Source of the DNA: Phoronis australis
Lineage: Eukaryota; Animalia; Phoronida
NCBI GenBank assembly: GCA_002633005.1
Contig: NMRA01000010.1
Coordinates: forward strand, 1 to 64,000
Length of the DNA: 64,000 nt
Direction: 5' to 3'
In this document: in pieces, positions 36,601 through 51,600 of the stretch
How positions within the stretch are numbered: the stretch's first letter is position 1
Layout of the letters: each line of letters opens with the position of its first letter
Notes under the pieces: generated by a model
The model's input: only the letters and a program-made list of their open reading frames with translations
What the model was told of the DNA's origin: nothing
Database searches by the model: none
Translations under genes and position numbers: made by a program

Positions 36601-39600
36601 AAAATAATTAAAAACTAACACGATTATCGACAAAACCAATTTTTTGGGAGCCGCTTAGATCATTTAATCAATTCAAAGTACAGAAACACTGTAGTAGCCA
36701 TCGATCTGTAAGATTAACGCAAGTGTGCACCAAACTACGGTTGCAACCCGAAGAGGAAAGTAGAAAGGTAGAAATTGGTGGTTATGTAGGTTCCATTTCA
36801 AGAGTAATTGTCAAAACAAATGATCGGGAATGGACAAAGCTTTAAGATGGAACATTTTTCTGCCACCGCCAAGTTTTGATCCCTTAACAACTCACGTGAA
36901 CTGCTCTTTTGTTTCTTCATTTTGATGGGCGGCAAACATGTTGATGTATTTTGTTGGCACTCTGTCTGTTGCACAACCTTGGCAGGTACGGTATTTGATC
37001 GACAGTGTCGGCGAGGTTGAGTGGTTACGAGATGAAGGTTTGAAGTGGACTTGGACTTTCCTCTCTGTGATTTCACTCCATCTACAATAGATCGTAGTGT
37101 CCTTAAGAAATTTAGTACGAAGACAAGCCTGCAGTTAAAAGTACATAACGTCTGTATTTGACACCACGGTTACCGTATACAGTAGGTTTAGGGCAGACTT
37201 TGGCAAAATAATTATCAAGGAAAGAAACGTTTTGGAGACATTTTATGAAAATTGTTAGCGGAGTAACCGGTTAGGTCCGTACACAAAATATGACCATTTC
37301 ACGTCGGCTACACTTTGTTATTTAAAAGAACTACCATATTTTCAAGAAATGTAACAATTGAAAATGTAACAATGACGGTTTATAACATTCCCAAGCACTC
37401 CCTCATGTAGACACACATTCGACCACGTGACCGATAAAACCACAAATGGTGTAATTAATAGGCAAGGGCTCCTATGATAATAGTCAACGGGCAAGGGCGG
37501 TGCAGCATTGAAAAAAGTGGAGGGCTAAAGCCCCTTCAGCCCCCTTGTGGTGCACAGCCTCTAGACCACGTGCGGCGTAGCACTGAAAAAAGTGGGGGGA
37601 TTATAGCCCCCCACCCCCTTATGGTGCGTCCCCCATGAGGGGTCCTTTCATGATAAGCAAGTGGTCCTACCATAATAGGCAAGGCTAATGTTTACATTTA
37701 TGAAGAAAATGTACATTTCAAAAACACTAGGTTTTTGCTGGTAAAAGTGGACTTTTCAAAGACACTAATCCAGATTGACAATTTTAGGTATACTTCGCTC
37801 ATCGAATATTTAGTGAAATAATGTTTTAATCCAGAAATCCACTATAGATCAAAAACATGCGCGCACCCAGCCTTCAATATGGGGGGCTCGAATTGCCGAC
37901 ATTTTGAACCTGTTGCTAACAAAAGAGCGGGTGGACTAACAAAAAAAAAACGGGAGAGCACCACTGTGAATTGCGCGTTTGCGCTTATTTAGTGAACTTT
38001 TGTCCCATTTTCTCGAACTTTTTTCACTCGTGGGCGGACCTTTTTGCCCAATGGGGGTATTCGTTCAAGCCCCCAGAGCCCCCCTGGGTGCGCGCATGAA
38101 AAAGGATTTGAAATTTGTGAGAATTCTAAGAAAGATAACCTTTGGATTCTCTTAAGCCAAACTGGTGAGAGATGTCAAGTTAAAACAAAAGAGCAACAAA
38201 CTCTGTGGAAAAGTTGTAGCGAGATTCTTCAAAGGGTTCTTGAACATTTTAATTTACTAGACAGGACTGGAATTGTTAAGTTACTTGTTTCCCGTCCCGC
38301 TTGATTTTTCACATGAAAGTCAACACTGTATCCACCTGGACCGCGGCACCATTGTATCTACCTTTTATAAAGACACACTTACTGCTCTTGAGGTTTGGAA
38401 GGTAGGTGTTTGAAGAGTTATTGGCAATGGCATATCTTGTAACCTTGAGTGACTTGAGTATGCGGCACGTGCCTGTTTTGACAACGTAAATCCACTCAGA
38501 TTTGTTACTGTCTTTGCACATAACTACACCTCGCCTGAAAAACGAATAATACCTGTGACATGTCAATCATGGTATCATAGACCAAGTGACTTATTGGTTT
38601 TGTTAGGTGTTGAGATGATGCTTTATGCCCAATCACGTATTGCGATGCTTTACTTGTATAAAATGTGCATACTAAACACGAATTTCATTCTGAAAGTTAA
38701 CACCAATTCTTTGACTCAAATGCTGTAGCGACCAGAACAAGTACAAGTACAAGTACAAGTACAAGTACAAGCAACAATCACTCACTTTAATGTTAACATG
38801 GAAAAAAAACGAGAAGCTAGGAAGCGTACTTGTCTGAAAACGTGTTGACAATAATTGTCCCGTTTAGCCAGCTTAAATGAAAATCGAATTTGATCTTTCA
38901 TTCTAATCAAATCAGGAGTAAACTGATACTAATCTCAGTTTAATGAGTTTCATTTGTTTACTAGCACTTGATTGGCATGACCCAAAAATAATCAGTGGGG
39001 AACATTCTACAAAATTTCAGTATTATAGTGATTATTATAGTCTGGGACATTATAGAGCCTTATATAGGGTTGTAGAATGAGTGGCTAGATTAAAGAAAGT
39101 TCTAAAATGGGCTTGAGACTATAATTAAATAGCCAGACACGGGCTAGCTACAAGGTACCTAAACTACACGGTTAAAAGACTGCTACGCAATCTCACGACT
39201 CACGTAGACTACCTGCAAACACCGTTCACTGACTCACATACACGGGATCGGACAGTTCAATCTAGTAAAGCATGCCCAATACACGGTCACGGCTTCTCGG
39301 GTAAGTAGCGCGAAACAGTGAGTTTGAAAGGCACACGTCATTTTGAGAAGAAAGCAAAGAAGATAACTGAAGTCGCTACTCTCACTGTCAAAATAGAGAA
39401 CCGATGTTACAAACAGGTTTAGGACGTCAATAAGTAGTAGAACAAATAAGTAGAGTTAAAATAATGTTTATTGTTTCTAATTCACAAGAGTTACACATCA
39501 CATTACGGACATACATGTTACATCACATTACAGACATACATGTTACATCACATTACAGACATACATGTTACATCACATTACAGACATACATGTTACATCA

Positions 39601-42600
39601 CATCACGGACATACATGTTACATCACATTACAGACATACATGTTACATCACATTACGGACATACATGTTACATCACATTACAGACATACATGTTACATCA
39701 CATTACAGACATACATGTTACATCACATTACAGACATACATGTTACATCACATTACAGACATACATATGATAAAAATATCTTAAATCTCCCACCCATTAC
39801 ACGGTTGTCCAAGCCGACTTCTATATTTTATCCGTAAACTGTGTGTGGCGGTCCGTGTGCCGTTTTTCTAGGTGAATGTGAGTCCATGAGAGCGTATTTG
39901 GGTGAATGGATCGTGTTTTACGAGTCCGATCCCGTGTATGTGAGTTAGTGAATGGCGTTTGCAGGTACATGATTCGTGTTTAATAGTCCGTTAACCGTGT
40001 AGTTTAGGTACCTTGAGCTAGTGACAGTCAGTTGAAAGTGCGTTACAGTTGAGTAGCAGTTACACAAACAACAGTTAAAGCGTTAGTCAAGGAAGAGCCA
40101 GGTTAGAGACAACAGGTTATTGTAGTACATGTAGTTGCTGGAATTGTCTCAGAAGTTTATCAAAAGTCAAGACTTCGCAGCACAAGCTGTAGCATAGAAC
40201 AGACATTACGTCGGACGCATTGTTTGACTTGATTTTTGAACATGCGGTCAAGATTATGAAAGTGATTAACTCGAACCAGTCTTCAGCCTATGGTCGCACC
40301 GAATGCTATTAGCACCGGTCGGTAATAACCTGCGCCCACCCATCCACGCGAAACCCCCCCGTAAGTCTCATAGCATTCTTCACCATCATAGTACTGTATT
40401 GCAGTCATCACTTGGGGGAAATGAAAAGGAAGCTTTCCACCTACAACTCCTTAGCATTGACAGAGCACGAAAGCCGCTCTCGACCTGATTCCTGATTCTG
40501 GTGCGGAAGATAGGTCGGAGGCAAGCAAATAAATCTTTCATTCAATCACATTTCTAGACATTGGAAATTTTGTATGACTAGCAAGGCTGCGGCAATTTAA
40601 CGGCATGCTGGTACCAAAGAATCAAAATACCCCTGGAAAATGACTGCATTAACTGCTCATAGAAGAATGTAGAGTGACGTCTACCAAGTAGCCTATCACT
40701 ATCTAGCAACAAGGTGTAGTTCATCACATCGCCGTCATATACGAACATGTTGTGCGCGTTTCACAATCGTGGTGATAACGATCAAAGTAAGATGTTACTA
40801 CCCCCATATCAACTAACTATGACGGCTCATCATTGAGAATAGTGACTTACCTGAAATACGTGAATAAACAGATCTTTGGATCGTCATATGGCAGGCACTC
40901 TAGAGGCCAGTAGTCTAATATGTCTACATATCGGAGAAATTGGATGTGTTCTGGCTCTGTGTCTTTCGTAATAGGCATGAATATGTCAATAAAATCCTCA
41001 CGTCCAACAGCAAGTAATTCAACGTCGTCTTGACACGTGACCGTCGCACTACGTAAGGCCCCGTGCATCAACGCCAATTCCTGTAAATAACGGGTTATAA
41101 AGTCATCAAAGACCTGTTCGTGTAAAAACGAACATCCTTTACATTCTAATACACTTAGGTCTACTTGTAAGAGTTTTCTGTCTCCGAAATCAGCGTCGTT
41201 GAAATGAATCCGTTAAAAGCGAATTTCAAACCCTTTTACAGACGTGTGCACGGTCGCATTCAACTTTGTTATTAACGCTTGACTTGCTGGCACTACATCC
41301 AGTTATTCAAAAGCACGACCATCAATCGATTTTGCATGAAAACACTGTTAAAAAGGTGAACACGTGGGCAATATGCATTCACTGTAATGAACTGATATTG
41401 ATTAACAGTCTTGTTTACAAGTTTCGCATCTATGTATCACGAAAAATCGCACTGTATGTACATATACACCTAAATAGTCCAAATATGACAGAAGCATAAT
41501 TCTCCATATTTGTTATTGAAACTCTTTGCGAGTATTAGACAATCATTTGACCTATTCCAACATAAAGACGCAAACAAAAAAAATTAAAATCACACGTAAA
41601 CCCCTTTTCTCAGTCGGCGACAAACGTTACCTAGCATATTAAATGCTACAAACCAAAGTAAAAGAATAAGTGTACATACATTGGGTATCTGAAAGATAGG
41701 GTACTCGACGTCATCCCAGGGATCCACGTACTTAACGCTTTTTGAAGGCGTTCTTTGGTAAAAAATGTGGCATGTTAAATACTATGAAACGTACTTTGTA
41801 CCATTTTTCGTCGCAATTAACAATCCTTCGAAATGTGACGCTGTGAGCAACTCACACAATCCATGAGAACACCGAGTGTCTGATCGGGTGAATAGCAGTT
41901 GTGTTAGTGTCATACCTGTTTCTGGCATCACAGCATGCGCGCACTCAGCCACCAATGTGGGGGGGGGGCTCGAATTCCTAACGTTGCGTACCTTTTGGTA
42001 ACAAAAGGGCCAGCGGACTACAAAAAATCAAAAAAAAAACAAGAAAAAAAAAAACGGGCGCACCACTGTGGATGGGGCTATTCGGAAAATTTACAATAAG
42101 TAGAGGGCGCGCGTGTACTAGTGGTGATAGATTAAGCAGCTTCGATTTCGCGAGCCCTTTAAATACATGATGAAATGGATTGCAGCCGTGCCAACTGAAT
42201 CTGAGATTGCGTAAAAAGGATGCTTCGATGAGAGGAAAAAAGCACGACTTTATTTAAAGGTAAAGTTTGTGATTATTTTATCCATTATTCCATGTTTATT
42301 CTACTGATGCCTGTTAACTGAGGTACTCGCCGATGTCGACTTCGCGGCAGTCGCCAGTCGGGTTAATCTTTGTTTGTTGTGATGCGTGTTAAGATAATTG
42401 ACGTAAAACTCGGGATCTCTTCGTACATCAAAGCACTATTATTGTTCGGAATGATTTATAACAGGTTTATCAGTGACAGTTACGTCAATCTATGCTGAAT
42501 TTTTATGCTGTCAACTCGATATTGGTTAGTGAGTTAAGATTACAAAGGGCAAAGGGTACGTGACAAATATGCATTACATTAGACTATTTGTTTACTCCCT

Positions 42601-45600
42601 ATCATATGTCTTCCGGAAATCTATTACACGTTGAAATAGGAAATCTATCATGTCTGTTTTCATGTGACCTTTGGTTTTTAGGTTTGAGGGCTGCACCGTA
42701 CCTGAATTGTCAAAAATTGGTTTCTGCAGCTCAGCAAGATCTCAATTCCCATCCAGTGCAGATCTGTTGTCAAAGCCTACTTTCTACATCGGAGACAACG
42801 AACAAAGCCTTTGAAAAGGAACTGCTATTTTTAAAGAAAAGTATGTAAGTCATTGTGTTAAATTTACTTATTATGGTCCTTAACTTGACGAGGGATTGGC
42901 ATAGGGGGTTGGGGTTGTAAAATTTGGTGAAACTGAATGTGTGGAAGTGAAGTAACAGGTAATACATGTCTGGGGGAAAGAGCATGGTAAGGTAATTCTT
43001 AACCGGCTTGAAGTTCCTTCAAGTTTATTTCATGAAACTGTTTTGCTATCAATTGTAAACCAATAAAAATATATTACATTTTAGGAATTCTCAGTGACTG
43101 AATAGTCTTAACTCGTGCCTTGAAATATTGCAAGTCGTTAACAAATTCAAATGACTACCATTTTTTGTAAAAATTGAATTTTTGATGGTGCCTTACGATT
43201 TGTAATTACTGTTAAACAACAGAAACATTATCGATCATGCTTGACAGACCCATGAATCTGTAATCGGAGTTTAAAATTGCTGAAAGTATCTAAAATAAAA
43301 AGGCTTGAAAATGGGTAAAAAGGTTTGAAGTTGTCGCAAAAAACGTGTATGTTTTGCAGACAAGTGATGCGTTTAAAGAATTGTTATGGCTACGAACGAA
43401 AAGTAAAGATGCAGTTTTATGCAATATTTGTTATAAACACCCTGGGTTTCTGAAATTAAATTTTATGTGAAATTGTAAAGCAGTCACCATTTCATATTTT
43501 TGAAAAATAGGGGTAGAATTTTTGACCCAACCTGGAGTACTTACTTATTCCTATTTCAATATTCGTTCCAGGTACAGTAATATTTTAAGGCCACTTCAAG
43601 CCGCAACATGGACAAGCTTTGTTACTCCGTTCTCTTCCCACAGCACTTCCACACACCAGCAGTGATGCATTGTGCAATGTACAAGTCAGTGGCCCTGGAT
43701 AAATGTGAATTGCAGTACTAAGTTACCATAAGACAATGTGTCAGTGGATTGTCTGTGTATCCAGACAAACTATATCTGACTGCGACACAAGTAAGCCTCG
43801 TCGGTGAGGATGCCCTTTAATAGGCAATGAGTCGTGTGTGGACAATAGCTTATTTCCTTTCCTGGAAGAAACGTGAGGGACTGAAGTTAAAGAAGACCTA
43901 GTCACACTCTGGTGTAGTTCAGGGTCCGATTTGGGGCACAAAACGATTCAAGTGATATGCTGTTGTGTTTACCTTCAAGGGTCTAATTGTGGATGTTATT
44001 GAGGCTGAAAGAAAGCCACATGCCGAAACTGGACCTTTTTACAAGCGCTTCTATAGGTCATTGAAACTAGATCCCAGTGAAATGAAAACCAAAAGCTTCT
44101 GGTATAAGTACCTGTCCTTTCTCACTGAGTGACATTAACTTTTCCTTTCAGAAGAAAGGCTTTATACTAATGGTAAAATCTTTTCAATTTCGTACACGTT
44201 ATGGGTAAATGATATTCAGTGACTGCATCGATTGTCTTATTGTCAGTAGAAAGCCCGTTAATGTTACACTTTGATGATCAAATAAATTTTTAATGAACAG
44301 GCAAGTTTGTTACTAATTATTGAAACCACAATATTTCTTCAGTTTTAAAGCCCCATACAGTGCAGTTGTGCTTATTCTTGATAAAGCTGAAGTGGTTACC
44401 GAATACGCTTGCGAATTGTCATTTTCCTGTTGACCTATAATAATGTCCAGTGATCAAAATGAAGTATTCCCTTTGTTTGCATTTGATTTGTTTGTGTGTG
44501 TAATTATTTTTAGAGCTTTTTCAAGAAGGCCTTTGAACAATGTTATGGTTTGTGTTAACTTGTCTATGAACAAAAGTTCCATATGCAAGAAAAGTATGTT
44601 TTCAATTGTAGCTAGCTGGATAAGTATCTGCTATGCACAAGATTCCAAAATAAACAATTATCAGTGTATTTAAAAACAAAATGGCAAACTGAACAACCAC
44701 ATACATACATACATACATACATATAAAGAAACAACACTGCAATGGAGTCCATAATCGAGCATATCAAGTGCTGAATTTCTGAATTAAGTTCATTTCTCTC
44801 AGGTTATTGCTAAAGAATTGCTTTTCGCTTTGTCCAAAGGTAAAATAGATAGTTGGGCGGTTGGTTTCAGTTGTTTTCTCTCACCTGTAACAGAATAGTT
44901 GGAGAAATATTAGCAAATTATAAAAGAAAACACAAGACAAACTACTTTTGTAAAGCAGAACATACTTGACGTTTCATCTTCATGTTTATATGTAGAAACT
45001 AATAATCTTTGTACCCAAGTCTTATTTAATATCTGAATTAAAATATGTGAAACAGGCTAAAAGTGATTTAACACTGTGCATTTTTCATGTCACTTAAATG
45101 TGCTTCTGATCTCAACAAGGAAAATTCATTCTATGTGTAAATTTTTATTGCAATGTAATGTTACATCATTCACTGAATTAAAGCTTACTCGGTAACTAAT
45201 CTGGTAGTCCTGGGGGGTGGTTTCCGCAATAAAATAAGGAAACTCACTCATCTAGAGAAGTTTATTGGACACAGCATAGTTTTGAACAGAAATTGCTGTG
45301 GAAAAGTCACCCTTGACTTCTGAGCGTCACGTATCATACACTTCTTATACTGGGCGCACTCCTACCCAGGACAAATATGAATATGTCATGTGCTGCTAGC
45401 CTACCCGGCAAACGAGTCCCGGGTGAGTTTCCGAAAAGAAACACTTAGCTCCACTCAATAAACCCGTTATTCAGTGGGGTAACTGGTGGGGATAACATCA
45501 CCGAACGATGTCGATAGAAACTGATTGCTAAAAAACTTACCAAGTAAATGGAAATGCATATAGAGTACACAAGGGGCTTCAGCATCTACACACTTTTTGT

Positions 45601-48600
45601 CAGTTGGTTGACCCATTGACCGCAATTTTCCACGAATATAGTAACCTGAGGTCTTTTGGTAATTTTTGGCCACTTGTCGAAGACTTGCACCACGGAAAAT
45701 AGCTGTAATAAGGCTTAGCGCGACGCGTATTTTGATAACAATTCCATCTTTTACCAGTTGTTTACATGCAGACAGCGACGCATGCGCAATTCAATCACCA
45801 CTAGCACAGCAGCGACACCGCGAGGAGAATTCTCCGAATAGCTCCATTGCGCGTTTGTGCTTGTTTAGTGGACTTTTGTCTCATTTTCTCGGACTTTTAG
45901 TTTCTCACAGGCGGACCTTTTTGCCCACTTCGCTCGTTCGATCCCCCCGAGCCCCCCCTGGGTGCGCGCATGCACAGCTCAAGTTAAATGGTGAATTGTG
46001 ATGTGCCGTGGCCGCGGCTGAAAATCGATGATTGTCACAACATGCTCGATACGTCACGCTTCCGGTGGAATAGATCATATTATTAGTATATTAACTTTAT
46101 TTTGATACAAAATTTAAAAAAAAATACAGAAACCGATATACATGTATGCCAAATTGACCAAAATCCAAAAAAATAAAAATAAACATGCCGCTATTTGCGA
46201 TAAGCGGCAACGTTGTTTACGACTGACAAGCACCTGACAAAGGTGTTGCGATCCAGGTCTGGGACCGAATATGTCCAGTGTCTGAATTCCCACTCGTATT
46301 CTTACTTAGTTTTATAAATTTGTGCTTGAGTATGAATTTCATTGGCTGAGACGAGAGTCCTTGACTAAATGCTTGATCAAGCACGTTCATGGTCTCCGCA
46401 GACGGATGAGTACAGTAGGCCTACATAATCCAAGGACGCAAAACCTCAACTGGACTTTGACTCAGGGCAAAGTTAATAGGATAACAGCGGAACATGGTTA
46501 TTGTGACACGTGGCAGCACATACGGGTACTCTTCAGCGGAGAATGTTCAGCTGTGTTTCATGAAAAGTGACTTAAGATTTGGTGTACTGACATGTGCTCA
46601 CACTTCACAATTATTGAATATAGATTGATCCCTGTACTTACATGTACATGCATTGGCACAGTCAGTGTCTAGACATAATTTATACAAATTATTTCAGTAA
46701 AAAGTGATTATGGGAAATTATTTATTATTATAAAGTTAGTTTTAACTATTTTTTCACAAATAGTTATGTGGGGCGTAAGACCAAATTTCTGTCTTGAGTC
46801 TTAAGTCCCTTTTCATGAAACGGGCCCCTTGAGTCAGATGAGTCAGCATTAAGAACATCATCAGCGAGTGCGACTGATGGGTGTCCACCAGTTGTTTAGT
46901 TAGTTCTGATGATCCTCAGCAAAACCCCTTTACCCAAATTAATGTACTTCCCTAGACAGGTTTTAGATTATCAGAAAGTTTTAACATTAAAAAGCGAGCA
47001 CCATCAAACACCATGTTGTTCTTACCCCGAAACTGTTTCCCTTCTTCAAAAATGCTGCCGTTCGCACTAGAGGTTCTCCAGTCTTATCGTCATTCTCGAG
47101 AATGGTGACGACAGCTAGAAAATACAACCGTCAGTGATAAATTCACCTAATTTATAAAGTGGAGATAAGTGACACGTAGTCAGCACGTGCATCACAAGCA
47201 TAGAACCACAGCTGGAGGTAGGATTACCAAATTTGAGTAATGTCTGATTTATTCTAAATATTGTCTCTACATATCCGCCATTGACTGCAGTGTAACCAAT
47301 CAATTAAATGATTTAAAACTAGGTTTTCATAGAGCAAATAAACCTTTAAACGAACAAGCTCAGTCACCCATTTGTACGCACTGCTCAGCAGTACTCACTT
47401 CTACGCAGAAACTATTTAACTTGGACAAATCGCAAAAGGCCTATCAAGAGTCCAGACAGTTGCCTTGTAAATGGGAACGGAGGCCCTTTATGAATACAAT
47501 GTATTGTACGATCTCTTCAACTGAAAACTCAATATTATCATTTTCATTAACGGTGCAACCACGCTTTGCAACTCTGTCGCATTAGGAAACCGTAAATTGA
47601 TTTCTACTGAAATATTTTCGTAAAGCATCTCGAGTTCAATACACGGTGTTTGTTCTTCGACACACAGTGGTTTCCTATGTAGTGTGTGAAGTGTTACTAG
47701 CGCATTTGAGATAAACTTGCGGTTCGTTCTGCGTGGCATGGAAGACCAATGCAAATGTGCTATACATGAAAAACAGCTATCCTTATACATAACATGAGCA
47801 TGACAGTGACCTTTACCAGTAATAACATTATGATGTATAAGGACTTACTAACACATGAGCATGACAGTGACATTTACCAGTAACACCATTATGAGGTATG
47901 AGGACTTACCAACACCGGATAATATGAAGTAAAAGTTGTCCGCTTTGTGACCTTGACGTATAATAACCCTCTTGGAAGAGAATCTACAAAATTGTAGCGA
48001 TGGAGGATAATTGAAGAAGTAATATTGAGCTGTATAGAAAGATAATTCAATTTAATAGACAGTTCCTGAATTCGGCAGTCTACCTTAAGTTTGTCTCAAT
48101 ATAACCTACACACCCCTTAGCCACGTGCATTATTTCAACATTCACCCGCAATGTAATCTGTGTTTACAGTGCGTAATAAACTTAATTATCACAAAAACGT
48201 TCAAAGCAAGACGATCTGGTCACGGGCGGGGCCAACATATTAATTGGGTCAAGCTGGTGCATTGTGACCCACTTTAAAGTAGGTCAGCAGTTCATTGTTA
48301 GACACTCCTTGCGTCGGGAGACTGATATAAAAACCAAAAGTACGAAACAGATACAAAAATCGGGTCAAGGGTTAAAGCACATAGTGAGCATGAGATCGAA
48401 ACAGCAAAATATCAAATTACCCAAAGTAAGAAATTTGGGTGATGATTTATCTCTTTTCACAACTTAGTGTTCGTGAACGCAAAGTCACCGAGGCGTGAGG
48501 CGACTCCCAACAGTCGTATGCAAACAGACACACAACTGTCTCAAGGTCAAGACAACGTTTTTTCTTCGTTTTCCCCGACATCTTCTTATCATATGTACAC

Positions 48601-51600
48601 GTCGTTGACGCAATATTATGGCAATTCGGTGAGTGAAAGGGCTGAGGATACACAGCTGCTAGCTTATGTGAAATATGGTAAAATTGGTCAATTTTTGTGA
48701 ATAAGATTTGAGATGTCTCTAAAGGGACACAATTGGAAACTTTTATGCGAGATTTCATTTTGAAGTTTTTGCCTTGACCAAAGCTATGAAGCAGTCAAAT
48801 CGTTTGTGATTGCATTAGAAATCGCTGAATTATTGCAGAAGTTTCCACTCGAAACTTAAATAGTTGATCTCATCACCAGTTTCGTTGCTAAGCGCTGTGA
48901 AAATGACTGTGGCCAAGTTGCCCGGTAACTAATATTAACCGAGTAAAGCTACAAGGCTCGATCTCGTAGCGCAGATAGAATAAAACAAGCTTCAGGAAAA
49001 CCACATTCCGCGCACCCTGTCGCGATTTTACCCTGATATGTTTTTTACGTCAACAGTAGGACGCTTTCATGTGGTAGACGATGTAGAAACGTGTCGCCAG
49101 TCCGAGTTAAGATAGACTGTAGGTCTCCTCGGTCTAAGACGTAGTCAAGAGAATGTATGTATGGCTGTGCCAACATTTTTGAATGATCTCTGATAGGTGA
49201 CCTGTTTACGCAAACATGCTTTTTTAAATGCCTTAATCCGTTTTCACGCAAAAACGTGATAACTATCACTCCTAACTTATGTAGTTTTGGGGAGGTAACT
49301 CCTACCAAAGTACTCAGTTTATGGACATTGAAGATTATATGTGTCATTATATTGTGAATATGCAAATGAAGTACTAGTTTACACACAATTCCGAGACTTC
49401 CGGTGTGTCGGAAACCATCCGAGAATCAGTTATCGTTACAATCTCGCGAAAGTCTCGTTTTGCGAGACTATTAAATAACCATTGGGTAATATTTGAAATT
49501 ACTATCGTTTTCTATACACTTGTTATTGTTTCTTTTCCTGATTATACTTGTAGACAAAGTTCTCCAGGAAGTCACAAGGTGGCACTTGCTGCAAATTTAA
49601 ATATTCACGATTTTAAAGAGACATAGCATCTTTAACTCTCTGTTGTGGAATTACATGCCAGGCACACGTGACTTGAGTAAGGTTGCACCTGAAGGTCACG
49701 TAGTTCAACAAGGATGTTTAGTATCAACGAAAACAATAGCACATTCACACATTCACGTAACAGTTGAGCAATTACTTAAAGTGCTCAAAATGACCAATTT
49801 CATATCAAAACACCCAAAACAACCCCACCTGTTCATCAGCTGTCAACTTATAACCCCCTGAAAACACTATCTGACTGTATGCTTTGTTCATTAGCTGATG
49901 TGGTGTTAACGAGCATTTATTGGTCAATGCATACTACGTAAAACCGGGAGAACCAATCACATTACTAGTCGTGAATATAGATTAGGATGGTTTCCGTCTT
50001 ACTCCTGTATGGCAACACTTTTTTTCTTTTATTTTGCATAATATTGTATATTATTGTTTTGTATTCCAATGTATTTTACTCCACTGTAATATCATACTAT
50101 ATGTTCAAACACGAGGGTCACTATGCATGTAATGGTTGTACCAAATAAGTCTCCATCACTGTAAAAATACACGTGCTTACTTTTCATACCAACCGACACG
50201 GACTAGAGATTCTTGCATATTGATAGGAAATTCTCCAAATGCATCGACCACCTGATTCAGCGCCACTAGGGCCGTGTGCAACTCATTGTCCGATCTCTGA
50301 GACGGGGTCTTTTTAAGGATGTTGATGGCTTCAGTAGACAGCTGCATCTGACAGATACATGAACAGTATATTAAGATTAAAGAAATTGAACATGCAAGAC
50401 AAACGCGGATGCAACTTTTTGCTAGGAGGGTCCAAGCAAAACAGTAGATTTTTTGAATATGTAATATTGGCCAACAAACACTACATTTAGATAATCGAGC
50501 TACCTTAGCCACGGATACATGTAGTTGTTCAACATACTAAGTGGGAATAGCAAAACACTAAGCAATGCTTACAACGTATATGCATTTTACTATATCAACC
50601 TTATTTTGAAGAAAGAACACGCTCTAATCTGTCACATTTTGTATTTTCACCTCACTGTTTAAACTAGGTGTTTCACACTCATTCGTGAACTAAACTACTA
50701 CTGCACAAAGTACCATTATTTTGTGTCACGAACGCTTGACAGACCCAGATTAAATCAATGCCCCTACATCGTCATGAACGCCAGTCCCGATAGCCAATCT
50801 GCACACGCTCTGTTTCTCACATACACTTTCACTCTGCGTAGACATCCGATAATCAACAAGATGCGTATGTCCAGTAATACATCTGCGTCAGCATGCTCCA
50901 GACAGTCAACAAAACTGAGATCTCATACACAAGTCTCCAGTACATCTGCCACTCCTTCACCTCATATCAAAGAGACGAGGGATTGGATAAGTCGTCTACC
51001 TCAACCGTTTCGTACCCTCAGCATCAACTTAACGCTAGAAACAGTCTACGCCAGAACAGAAACGCCCTTCCTACCCGTTTCACTCAATCTGGTACGAAAC
51101 TGAACGTTTAAAGGACCAATAAATTGTATGGTTAAGTCCCTCAGGTAGTATTCCTTGGCAGAAGAACTTGGTGCATTATCCCGGTGCATTTTTGGTTGAC
51201 TTTGGGGCTCTTGGCGCAACAATTGCAGATCCGACAGCCTCAGCTAGTCGGGTGGCGTCATCAAACCAGTGGTCAAACTTGACTTCAATCTCCGTCCTCG
51301 TGTTCTTTGTCCGTTTCTCGCATTAATTAATCATTTTATATGAATCATAAATATCAATGTCTCTCTTCTGCAATTGTCCTGACATTGGTCGAACGGTTGC
51401 CAGCACACTAAGCATGACTACGAATACGTTTTGTAAGACCTACTATCATACCTAGTTATTGATCCCGCCTCCTACCTTCCCAGAGATTCAATGTCTGCAA
51501 TACTAGCAGGGTACAGTATTGCTTCAAAACATTCACAAAGATGTTCATACATATCATAAAAAATGTCAAAGCACTATGACGTTCAACCCAGCGAGTTTTT

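Noticed and set aside
39464-39837. His/Thr-rich ORFs
   Set aside because: Translations of the 25-bp minisatellite.
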